DNA of 50,672 nt, filler included, from Catajapyx aquilonaris (taxonomy: Eukaryota): assembly GCA_000934665.2 (NCBI GenBank). It is 2 parts of 2 records of this genome, joined end to end, with 100 filler letters (N's around TTAATTAATTAA, not from the genome) between each part and the next. Parts side by side here need not be neighbours in the genome. Positions count along the whole stretch, not along the records: positions 1 to 25,256 come from KZ539348.1; positions 25,357 to 50,672 come from KZ539349.1. One strand, given 5' to 3'. Numbering within the stretch: position 1 is the stretch's first letter; every line of letters starts with the position of its first letter. Below are positions 23,830 through 35,350 of this stretch, piece after piece. The notes beneath the pieces were generated by a model. It was given only the letters and a program-made list of their open reading frames with translations, did not search any database and was not told the DNA's origin. A program made the translations under genes and the position numbers.

Positions 23830-24080
23830 TAATTGGACAGTGTTATGCAATAATGGGTCAACCCACAAAAATGTCAAAATTGAGTTATGCCCAGGAACAT
23901 ACACCCAAAGGATAGTACCGGTAGGCTACTTCATTCAGTTCAAATCAAGGTGGCGAAATCTCCATATTTCTGCCACAAACGACCGAAAAGTTAATGAATG
24001 GTGTACTGTACATGGACGGTGTTATGGAATAATTTGTCAACTCACAAAAATGTCAAAATTGAGCCAAGCCCAGGAACATA
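23830..24080. repeat. Direct repeat of about 60 bp, copies about 179 bp apart
   Basis: GTGTTATG.AATAAT..GTCAAC.CACAAAAATGTCAAAATTGAG....GCCCAGGAACAT at 23840 and 24019. Confidence 0.65.
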
Positions 24081-24201
24081 TTTACATATACCTAAAGCAG
24101 AAGTTCTTAATCTTTTCGGGCCTCCGCACCCATTTGCAGACAATATGTGTATTGGTCCTTGTCGCACCCCCTAAGATACCAGTTGATTAAGTTCATAGTT
24201 A

Positions 24202-24606
24202 GACCAGTTATTAGCTCTTGGTTAGATTAAGTCCAGAGGTGCACCTTGCTCGCACCCCCTGGAGCGGAACACGGCCCCAGGTTAAGGTCCCGGGTTCGAT
24301 CCCTGGCCGGGGACACCCCTTCATCTCGTGCAGAGTTAGCTAGGCCGTTTCTGGCTTCCTCGGATGGTATCTCCAATAGACAAACCAGTGAAACCACCCG
24401 GTGGAGTTCACAAAACGACCACACATGAGACATTGCACTGCACCTTGCATATCCCCTCCTGACCTCCTGTCATCCTGCCCGTGGCCCGAGAGTTTCAAAA
24501 ATATGGTCTCACTGTATACTATATGTACTACCGTACAAGTTACAATAAAGGTCCGTGCCGCATACCCCAGGGTCAGGCACTACCCAAGGATTATTATTAT
24601 TATTAT
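24202..24606 (+). mobile_element. tRNA-headed SINE, family C
   Basis: A-box-like TAGCTCTTGGTTAG, B box GGTTCGATCCC and an (ATT)n tail. Core shared with 4640-4895. TSD not resolved. Confidence 0.72.
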
Positions 24607-24637
24607 CATCATCATCATCATCAACAACAATATTGAC

Positions 24638-24699
<62 letters not shown>

Positions 24700-25256
24700 A
24701 ACAACAACAACAACATCACGACATTTCCCTATGAGGGGTAGTCAGCGATGAAGGGAGATGCAAGCTAACCCAACATATGAACTAATAAAACTCATGAGAA
24801 AGAACCTAAAAACAACCTGTCCCACCCCCCACCCCTGCCCACCTCAGACATCACCTTATCCTCAGACATATTTACCTGTTTACCCATTAATTAACCTACG
24901 CCATTTACACCTATCCAAACAAACAACACTAGCCTCAGCCACGTCCATGGTCCTATTGACACAAGAACGTCTCGGCTTAACACTAGCAACACCCTTAAGA
25001 CACTGACCCACCTGGTCCAACCATGTCTTCCTAGGCCTACCCTTGCCCCTCTTACCAACTACTCCACCCATATAAACCTTCTTCACAATCTCCTCCTCCT
25101 TCATCCTCTCCACATGGCCCAACCACCTTAGAGTAGACCTGCACACCTTATCTTTAACTGTCTCCTTAACATTACACCTCTCCAAAATCTCCTCATTCCT
25201 AATCCTATCGAACTTGGTAACCCCACAAACAGCCCGGAGATAACGCATCTCTGTAG
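24607..25256 (-). mobile_element. RTE-clade LINE 3' end (ORF C-terminus, 3' UTR, microsatellite tail), cut off by the contig end
   Basis: ORF 25248-24880 reads MRYLRAVCGVTKFDRIRNEEIL...LRWLGHVERM...GKRGKGRPRKTWLD, the typical RTE C-terminus. The UTR and (TTG)/(TTA)/(ATG) repeats follow. Confidence 0.92.
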
Positions 25257-25356
25257 NNNNNNNNNNNNNNNNNNNNNNNNNNNNNNNNNNNNNNNNNNNN
25301 TTAATTAATTAANNNNNNNNNNNNNNNNNNNNNNNNNNNNNNNNNNNNNNNNNNNN
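25257..25356. other. Artificial contig-joining spacer (six-frame stop linker)
   Basis: Exactly 44 N + TTAATTAATTAA + 44 N = 100 bp. The 12-mer places TAA in all six frames. Confidence 0.93.
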
Positions 25357-26864
25357 TTTGTCATCTGAAAAAAAATTGTATCTCACTTACAAAAAATATG
25401 CACCGGGTTTTGACACCACCTCGTTGTAAAACCTGTCTGTCCGTGTAAAATAATAATTAAAAAAAAAATAACAAATGGTGTTTTTGGGAATATAACTTTT
25501 GAAATATGCGTGTTTTCGCTTGTTGCCATATTTTCACCTCGCATATCTCAACGACACGCGGAGCTAGCAAAGGTTTTACTGCATAACCTTTAAGGGGTCA
25601 CCGAGTATATCACAAAATATAATTTGCATAACCGTCACGTTTGCCATAACGCCGTAATAAATTGCGAAATATGCGAATTTTGACCAAAATATGCAATGTT
25701 GGGGATTTTTTTGCAGGTGACTGTACCATTAAATAAGGTAAATTTATGCATTACATAACAGCGTGTTATTCCAAAAGCATGAGTTTAAAATTTCATGTTG
25801 GTTTTCAGAACAGTTCCCGAGATATACTCATTGAAAGCAAAGGAAAAAGTGACCTTCCCGTGAAGGTTATTTTGGTACCCCTTGAAAGAAATATTAATAT
25901 GTCGATAACTAAATTTAATCTCGTAAAACTGATTGCTCCATTAGGGTTCAATTGGATGTGGGTTTCACATATATTTAAAAAATAATAATCGAAGACCATG
26001 ACTGGGCACCCTCCGTCTGGATTGAAATGGAACCAGCCTAATATCCTTACAGATTTTTATGGCCTTAGTTGCCTTGGCTTCTTCCAATAAAGTAAAATAA
26101 ATGTAGAGCTCCAGTGACATTCTCTATTTTTATAGGATTTTAGAGAACACCTTGTTCTTCTTTAGTGGAGATGATAGGTTAAGGGTGAAATAGCATCTTT
26201 GGCAGTCAAATTTGTGTTTGTGTTTTGAAGGTCTGTTATTTTCAATATTTTCACAATTTTCCAATGTAAAAAAAATTCTATAGGTAATTTTGAAACTAAG
26301 GGGTCGCGAGCCTTGGTTAAACGTTTTTTTGGACGTGGATACGTCTTTAAAATCGGATCAGGGGCGTGCAGGCAAACTCGAGTGTTACAGAAAAGCGTTA
26401 CAGTCTAGTATAACCGGGTCTGCTATAACTGACAGTAGGTTACCTGCTCATTAGGTTACAGTCAGGGCCCCTGTAAAGTTTAGAGGAAAACTAATTCTAT
26501 GTACGCATTCCCCTCATGATCCTCTTTCATTTGATGTATATATTTATTGGGATTTGACCCCTTCCACTAACCGAAAAAATTCTCCAAAAGGGCCTCATTT
26601 TCAGTATTTTCCTAAATTTCGCAATTCTTTCCTTTTTAATGGTATTGCGTAATTTGGCTGAAACTAGACATTGATGTGTTATGAAATAGTCCTGTACAGC
26701 TGTGAAATTTTTCGGCAAATTCTGAGATCTAACATCATTTCGGCCCACTTGAATCGGAATGACCCATATACAGTGTTTCGAGGAATTTGGTTGGCCCTTC
26801 TTGAATACGGCAAGGTAGCAGCTAGTGCAAAACATAGAAATTTCAATTTCCACATGAAGGAAGA

Positions 26865-28520
26865 TCTCTATATCTATAAATAAGGAAGTTTGTGAGTTTG
26901 GATGTTTGTCCCTTATAGAAATCCAGGGGAAGGCCCTTACACTGCCTTAAATTAGCATATCGGGGGTTACATTTTCCAAGGAATCTAACGCCGCATGTTT
27001 CAGCTTCCGAAAAGGAACCTAACTCCCACAACACGCATATTCCCGAATCTTCTCTCTTCTCGGGCCTCAACAATTCACTTACATAAAAGTCAAATAACAA
27101 TATATCAATTCACATTCCCATGGAAATGCCTTTATGCAAAAAAAACCATTGCCGTAAATTCAACGCATCCACCAATTACGCTAATTGGCCACCTCACGTG
27201 AGTTCGTATCGTATGGTCATTCTGGGAGTTTGTGGGATTTGAAACTTGACTAAATATATAATAATACAATAATAAATACAATGAAATAATACACTATTTA
27301 CAAATATTACTCCGTGTTGAAAACAAATTTCCCACCATGCATCTGTACGTACATTTCTAAAGTTCTTCAGAGCAAACATATGTAACGAGGTGGGGGTGTG
27401 ACGTGGGGTTGGGNTTGGGGGGGGGGGGCGTCAAGGGGTTAAAAATGCAGGGGGGAAAACACGTAGCTGTGCAGTCTTTTCCTGGGCCAACTCCATCCGC
27501 ATACCTCTTTTTACACATCCAATCAGAATATTTGTGTCGACTATACGCTATTAAAGGAAGGGTTCAGTGATTTTGCATGTTGAGCTTCAAAAATCGAGCA
27601 GGACTCTCTGATTCTGAATATCCGGTCCGTTTTGGTAGCAAATGCACCATAAGCGTAAAATTTCAAGTCAAAGTTGATTTTTTTGAAAATCAGTGCCGAA
27701 CACGGGTTCCCTCTAGCGGCAGCGATGGAAGATCCCACATACAACCAAGATGTCCGCCCCCATAGCGACAAACCATGTGCAAGCCAGGTTTTTGTGTTTT
27801 CGACCCGAGCGGAACCCGCCCCGGGTGCCAAGGGCCATGGCCCCATGGGAATGCAGGGGAGGATGAGAAGGGGAGGCAGAGTGGGAGAGAGGGGTGCCAG
27901 TGGTCGGACCATGTCACAGAGTGATGGCCACGACGGGATACTTCCGTATCAGCTCGAGACTTACCAAGGCAGGTAGTGTCGCGAGGTATAATCCGGAGAG
28001 AGAGAGGAGGAATACATTGCCCACATCTTGGCTGCATGTGACGGCGTCGAAGGAAGGGCCAAGTGATTCATCCACTTATTCCTAGTTCAAAAATTGACTT
28101 CGCGGGTAAGCCAACGTCAGCCCTGGCATGTTACTGGGATCTCCGACGGTGGCGCTAGCTGTACGCTTACCGTATCGAATACAGTAGCGGAGATTGACTT
28201 TCACCTAACAGCATTTGCTTATGCAGCGTCATATTTAAAAACTGACCACATTTTTGGAATCAGGGAGTCTACCTTGATCTTTGAAGCCCAACATGCAAAA
28301 TCACTGAACCCTTCCTTTAAGACAAGCAGGTAATCTATCACAGATAGTGACAAACTTTGGCTTATTGCAACTTATAGGGCCTATTTTAAGACATATCGAG
28401 TTTCGAGTGTATGGAAGGGAAATTTTTACAAACACACACACACTTCCTAAAATACTGTGTATGTACCCCTACCTTTACCAGCACCCCAACATACCCAGGC
28501 AACGCCGGGTAACCTGCTAG
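26865..28520 (+). mobile_element. Non-autonomous Helitron
   Basis: 5' end A|TCTCTATATCTATAAAT. 3' hairpin ACCCAGGC-AAC-GCCGGGT followed by CTAG|T at 28517-28521. Inserted between A and T with no TSD. Confidence 0.85.
27555..28316. mobile_element. Kolobok-like MITE nested in the Helitron
   Basis: TTAA at 27551-27554 and 28317-28320. TIRs AGGAAGGGTTCAGTGATTTTGCATGTTG / CAACATGCAAAATCACTGAACCCTTCCT. AGG termini with TTAA fit Kolobok/T2-type elements. Confidence 0.82.
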
Positions 28521-29599
28521 TATCTAATACTTACGTTCTCTAAGAACATGTGGCTTTTTATGAAACATTAATTAGCTGGCCAACAACTACAGTAGAAAGT
28601 GATAATGAAACAAAAAAGCATGAAATTTGTAACACATAATATAAAAAATCATTTCATACAGATAAACTCGTCTTCAGATCCTTTGAAATCCCAGTTGTTT
28701 CGAAAACAACTTAAGTCCAGAAAGTTCCAATTCAAATTTCACAGCTTCCATGGGCAATTTCTAGATATAATATGCCATCTTATATACCTCTACTCGCTTT
28801 GCGAAGTCGCCCCACACACCCCCATGGGGCTGCGCCCCATTTGCGCGCCGTCAGCGCGAATTGGTCCGATCCCGCGCAGGTCCTCCTCGGTCTCCATAAC
28901 TCTCCGAGGCCCCGTGCAAGTGCACCCGGCTGCCCCACACTTCCCCCACTCTCCAATGCGAACACAGCAAGTCTTTTTATGCAAAAATTGGTCGGAGCGA
29001 GGTGGCATCCGTTTGCAGCCCTGATGCAATCAACGTCACACACACCAGCCCACTTGAATCACTTCAATGCAGGAGAATTTGACACTGTTCCTCTTGACTT
29101 GTGAATTAGGTTATAATGTCACCTATTAGTGTAGGTGACATTCTAATCCTTATTTGTAGAGTAGGTTAAGGGGTCTTTCTTCCATAATCACTGACTACCC
29201 TTTTTACAGGGTAGTGTCTTGAGGAGTTGTTGTTCATCCTGAAATGATATCCCTTTGCATTGTTTTCTTCTTTAAGGGGAGGAGAAAGTGTAGGATGTCA
29301 CTTTCAAGTCACACAAATTGGTTGCCTGTGGTCTGCCACCCTTTCTTGATTCCAATAAATAATATTTCTCTATAGAAAAAAAATTAATGAAACCAAATTG
29401 TCACAAGTGGCCCACAGAGTTGCTGGACATTTAAGATGGTGTTCATTAGCATTGAAAGACAAAATTTAAAAGTTTGTAAAATTGGCTTTTCAACATGTTT
29501 AGGAGCAGGACCTCCCATTGTACATTGGGCTGCAGACCACACTTAGAGAATTACTGCTTGACAGTTCAGTCAGTCATGCTCAAGTTATATTATTTGTAG

Positions 29600-30152
29600 G
29601 ATGTAGTGGTGGATACCCCCCAAGGGCGCCCATATCCGGGGAAGAAGAGTGCAACTAGCAAGATCTGTGGTGTTTCAATTCTCCGAGCAGGCGAGACCAT
29701 GGAGCAAGCCCTATGTGATGTATGCAAAGACATCCGTATTGGAAAGATATTGATTCAGACCAATCATGCAACAGGGGAACCTGAGGTAGGTGATTTATGG
29801 AAATGCCCTAGGCACTTTAATTACACCACTGCTTTTGCAGTTGTTTTACTTGCGACTTCCGAAAGACATCAAGGATTACATAATTATCCTCATGGATGCA
29901 ACTGTAGCTTCTGGAGCAGCTGCAATGATGGCCATCAGAGTACTGCTGGATCATGATGTTGCTGAGGAGAATGTATTTCTTTTATCTTTGCTCATGGCTG
30001 AGTCAGGCGTGCACACGATTGCTTATACATTCCCAAAAGTCAAAGTAGTTACAACAGCTGTGGATCCAGAAATTAGTGACAAGTTTTATGTACTGCCAGG
30101 AATAGGAAACTTTGGAGATCGCTACTTTGGGACTGAACCCACCGATAACTAG
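29600..30152 (+). CDS. UCKL1: Uridine-cytidine kinase-like 1, last two coding exons (UPRTase-like domain); 5' exons not in this window
   Basis: Exon 29600-29785 (DVVVDTPQG...[38 protein letters not shown]) and exon 29841-30152 ([10 protein letters not shown]...[24 protein letters not shown]...[13 protein letters not shown]), joined by a 55-bp GT-AG intron. Confidence 0.94.
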
Positions 30153-32168
30153 CATGAGAATTCTGGCAAGAATGTGAGCTTGTCATGCAGCAATTGTAGC
30201 AATATTCAAGAATTCAGTGTTGATCTAGTTTCATACAATAAGGTCTTGCATCTTATACTTACTTTAGTTTGTTGTGGTAAGCTAATGACTTAAATGAAGT
30301 ATGAGGCAGTGTAGTTGGAAAACCTGTTCAGTGAAACCTGACAATAATGGAGCCTGGATTCAGTGGAAGCTTGTCTAGTACAGAGCTCTATGTTTTGTCC
30401 CTACTAAGGATTTTCAATGCATTTTGTGCCACACATAATGGAGACCTATTCAGTAAGAAAAAGTTGTGTTAAAACTGAGTGACTCCACTCACGTCCTCAG
30501 CAGCAGGTTTCCCTCTAACTGCCTTTCTTTCATGAAGTGGCCATGCAAAAAGGAGACATGTGAAATCCTTGATGAAATCACATGATTGTCTCCACTTCCA
30601 AAACAAATCTCAGTTTACCATAAGTGCTAGTCATGCCATAGCTTTATAGTAGCCCCCNCCCCCCCCCCCCCCAAGTGTTGTTATTCTCACTTTGTTATGG
30701 TTGAATCAACATGTCAACTGTTGTTAACTTTTAAGACAAGCAATGGCTGTATTTATTGACATACATTAAATTGTGATTAACACCTTTGTGTTGCTTACAT
30801 GAAAAGAAATTGTAACCACATTGCAGTCTTTCAAAGCAATTTCGGAATATTTTATGTATTAATACTGCTTGGTTGTTGATTGCTGAATACATTATATTAG
30901 GAATATGTAATATTGAACAACTTATAAGTTTCTGACTCATAATTTGTGAACTTATGTGCACCTGATAGCAGAATCACAACGTGAATCATTTCAGGCAGTG
31001 TATGTCCTGCATGACTTCATTACAGGGCAAGCAGCCATGAGGACTCATGAAAGCTCACTAGTTGCTCTAAATAAGACTAGTCAGAGAGTCATAGTGGAAG
31101 TTTTGAATTGAAAAACTAAATTGTGTACCAGATGTTTTATTTTTACTGTGTAACAAAGTAGTCCACTTACTTGCAGCATTTATGCACGAGTTCATTCTGG
31201 AAGTTATTCTTCCACTATGCTGCCATCCCAAGGGGAAAAGCCTGACCCCTTTTTCAGATATGGCTTTTTGTCGTGGGACATCAGTGTATACAGGGTGTGA
31301 CTGTGTTGATGGTCTGAAGGATGGGGAATGGGGGTGACTTTGTTGATTAGTCACCCCCTGGTCTGCATTCAAATTCACTCCTGACTTGACACGTGGTCCA
31401 GGAGTTCTTCTATAATTTCAAGTATTTTTGCATTCTTGCTCAACACATGTATGTGGGAAGTGGACAATTTTCATTTTAAACCATTTAAAATATGAATGTC
31501 TTATCAATCAAATGATAGTTAACTGGACTTCAGGGTGGCTGCCAACTTTGTTTCATCACCAGAAGTGATTATTTCAACAACTTTCCCTCTGTTCAGGCCA
31601 TTAGCTTGTGTTTATAGTTGCAGGGAACTTTCCAAGGTGATAATAATGGCTTTGTATGAAGTTGCACATGTTAATAAAGGACAATCTCTGAAAACTGAAA
31701 ATGAAGTCATTTTGTGCTGACCTGCATAATTATCTGCAAAAATTATTGTGTGAAAGTGCAAGAAAAAGTACATTTCCATATTCAGGGTGATTCGAATCCT
31801 AACCCAAACATTCCTCAATAACTTTTAATTATTGTATGGTTCTCAATGAAAATTGACATGTATCCATATCTTCCATTCCTTTTTCTGCCGCTTCGGAAAA
31901 TGTCGCTAGCAGTATGCCTCGATTAATGTTCAACACTGTACCATGCGGCAAACTTTCAAATTGGGGTATATTATAATGGGATAGTTAACTTATCACGTTC
32001 ATTACATATGTACATGTCAGTGATTGAAGATAATTATTGCTAAAAATTGGGCATCATCTACCAGTGCCATTTAAATTGAAATTATGATTTGTGATCCGAT
32101 AACTTCCGATAACTTTGCAGCGCTGCAGTCGACCCCGGGGGGGGGAGGAGGGGGGGGGGGGGTGAAAC

Positions 32169-32865
32169 CATAGATATCGGAATACTATTACGTACCTAGA
32201 TTGGCAGTCCCCATTGCGGACGATGGAAATAATCGGGGATACTTGGCGGCCATGACACTTTGTGGCAAAAAGAAACGGCGGGAATAGGGAATTACATATA
32301 CGAAGCTCGGATTTGCTCTCTTTTCAACTTATTATGACGGGGATTCCGAATGGACGTGACACATAATGACCCTGCGGGTAACTAAACATACTAATGCATT
32401 CGGTAGTAAGCAATTACAGTACATTGTGAGGGATTGTGTCCCTCTTACGTCTTACACGGTGTAATAGAAGAAGATGTCGCAACATGCTAAGTAATTCTGT
32501 CACTCTCACATGAAATATGTGCATCAGGGCTAAGTAACTAATTAGTGACGATATAAATATATATGATATATTATCTATATATATCTTATATATATTATTA
32601 TAATATTTTCTCGGTTGTAGCAGACTGGAAAGGCTGGTCCCTCCACACTTCCATAATATGGCCTGTGTATATGGCTCTAACAGACACTCGGTTATAACAG
32701 ACTGATTTCTGCGGTCCCTTGAAGTCTGTTATAACCGGAGTCTACTGTATGTTGTTGGAGTATAGGCCTACTGAAAACATGATTGAAAGATCATAATTTG
32801 CAATTTTTTTGCATTTGACCACCGAAATTTAAAACGAGCCAGTGCATGATCCCGCATTACAGACT

Positions 32866-32909
<44 letters not shown>

Positions 32910-33066
32910 CTTGATGGTGATGATGATGATGATGTCACATATTGTTCAATGAGATTAATTTAAATAACTGCTACCAGTACTCTAGTATTAAATATTCAGG
33001 GCGGCAATCAAATGATTCGCCATTGAAATGATCCCTGCAAGGAGGTCTGTCACGGGGTATACATTT

Positions 33067-33097
<31 letters not shown>

Positions 33098-33430
33098 TTG
33101 TTATTTTTACTAATACTACTACTACATATGAACATTAATGTGAGACTAAAAAATGACCATCATCCATAATAATCTAACATTATAAAAACAAATTATGGCG
33201 GACTCCGAGTCCCTTCTTCTGGCCATTTTAAATGTTAAAAATTGCAAACCATATGTGTGGGGCATGGGGAGAGTCCGTTGAATAACACTGATATACACTC
33301 TGTAATGCTTTAGAAAATCGTGACTTGTTTCATGTCATACATAATTGGCCATTTTTCTTAAATATTATTTCAAAAATCCCTCCGTCTGATATTATGGCAT
33401 GTCGCAACGCTCAACGAGGGTCAACACACG
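32169..33430 (+). mobile_element. 3'-truncated copy of the CATAGA-ended element at 38656-40232
   Basis: Starts CATAGATATCGGAATACTATTAC and is colinear with 38656-~40040. No right TIR seen. Confidence 0.88.
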
Positions 33431-33454
33431 ACAATAAGACACCCACACACCGTG

Positions 33455-33805
33455 CCTGGGATCAATAAGCTGTGGGGACGTGAAAAAGACAACTTTTCAA
33501 AGCTAGTGTAAACTGACCTAACCTAACCTAACCCACCCTAACCTAACCTACCCTACCCTACCTAACCTACCCTACCCTACGTAACCTAGGTTGAGAAAAA
33601 TGGACTTTTCTAAAACCCTGCAACTGGAAATAGTGGGGACTTGTCCCCACTACTGCAAAAGCGAACCCGCAATTTTCTTGCGGGGACAGTAAATGTCCCC
33701 GCAAGTGGGAAAAATGTCCCCACAGATCAGTGAACATCCCCACAGTTACAGTAAAAAACAACTACTTCCTGTCCCACAGCCAGCCCACAGCTTATTGAAG
33801 ACAGG
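33455..33805 (+). mobile_element. MITE with internal (CCTAA)n / (CCCTA)n and repeated GTCCCCAC motifs
   Basis: TIRs TCAATAAGCTGTGGG / CCCACAGCTTATTGA. An inverted relative lies at 48064-48365. Confidence 0.78.
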
Positions 33806-33998
33806 TACACACCTGCTCACAGTGGGGCCTGTGCGAAGGGTTGCTTCAAGACCACGCTGAAGTGGCCAAAACCTATTGAGACAGATTGTATCATACCTGG
33901 TGGAAAACTGATGCAGCCTCACAGATATCCAGCAATTTGTGCTTCACTTCATCGATTTTTTTCCTTCCTCTAACCTCTGCCACTGCATTGGTTCAAAG

Positions 33999-35070
33999 CA
34001 CTCACAAGGGGGGGGGGGGGGGCNATGAAGTGGACTCTGTCAGATTTGCATGAAACTTCCACAGTAGGTGTATCACAGGCCTACAATTTCACTGGTATGG
34101 GCCATTTTCTGCTACGGCCAGCCGTTGTCGATCTATGAGGGACAATAGATCCGCATGGGTGCGTTCAAGAGAGTAAGGTAAGGGACGGGAAGCACTCGGA
34201 AAGCGGGCTGTTCAGTTTCCAGGGGCACCCAGCTAGTAAACAACAAGGTAACCAACAGCGCATTTCTCCAGGGAGGGTTCGAATCATCTTCAGGACCAAT
34301 TTTTTATGTTTGTTTTTTTTCAGTCTCGCATTACCTTATTTTTACCCTGTACCCATAATGCCAATGCACGGTTCCTTCATTTATGGGACCCATGTTGCAG
34401 GCATCTTATCGACGTGACGCAATAACCACAACTTTCAACGCAAATCAGGAACAAAACAGAGGCCCGGGTAGCTGCTTCGAGACTCTGCTGCACATTTTCG
34501 TGCAGCCGTCATCCGAAACCATCTTCCAGAAACCACTCGAAACCTTTCCTTCCGATGAGCTGTTCTAATGCACATGTGAGCTTATTTTCCTCAAAATCTT
34601 TCGGGCAATACATTTTGCATTGCTCCATCAAAACGGAAGCTAAATTTTTGAAACTGACACATTGGAAAGGGTCCGAGCTCTCCATTGTGAAACACAAATC
34701 AGTGATTGGAGGAAAACAAGTCAAAAATTAAACCAGGCCTCACTTGCAAAGCAGCTTGCCAATGGAACAACAACTGATGATGATTCTAATGTGATTCGAA
34801 CCCTCCCTGGAGCATTGCGCTGTTGGGTACCTTGTTGTTTACTAGCCGGGTGCCCCTGGAAACTGACAGCCCACTTTCCTAGCTCTTTCCATTCACTTAC
34901 CTTACTCTCCTGAACGCACCCATGCGGATCTATTGTCCCTCATAGATCGACAACGGCTGGCCGTAGCAGAAAATGGCCCATACCAGTGAAATTGTAGGCC
35001 TGTGATACACCTACTGTGCAAGGTTCATGCAAATCGACAGAGCCCATTTCATGGCACCCCCTTGTCAGTG
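33999..35070. mobile_element. Long-TIR (about 290 bp) non-autonomous DNA element
   Basis: Ends CACTCACAAGGGG and CCCCTTGTCAGTG. 34040-34170 is almost perfectly inverted at 34910-35035. TSD and superfamily unresolved. Confidence 0.85.
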
Positions 35071-35350
35071 CAGCAATCCTGACTATAATATATAATTATA
35101 TCAATATGCTGCGGAGGACCTGCGATAATAAGGAGATTCTCGTTTGAGTGTGTATTGAGGTTGTTGAAGGTCAACTACAACATTTATTGCTAACTGGCCC
35201 TAAAGTCCCATGAACTACGGTAAGTTTTAAGGCAAACATCATGTTTCTTGGTAGAGTGGGAAGAAAAATATAGCTGATTCTTTGGGGGACTACCCTAGTG
35301 AAACACCCTGTATTGCATATAAATAGTTTTATATTGGAAACACTCTGCAG

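Noticed and set aside
17739..29599. Upstream UCKL1 kinase-domain exons
   Set aside because: None recognised, which the artificial contig join at 25257-25356 can explain.
29790..30152. Stand-alone uracil phosphoribosyltransferase
   Set aside because: The motifs ([32 protein letters not shown]) fit the UCKL1 C-terminal domain, and the first visible exon begins at a splice acceptor.
33515..33590. Interstitial insect telomere repeat (TTAGG)n
   Set aside because: It is short, degenerate and internal to a MITE that has a second copy at 48064-48365.
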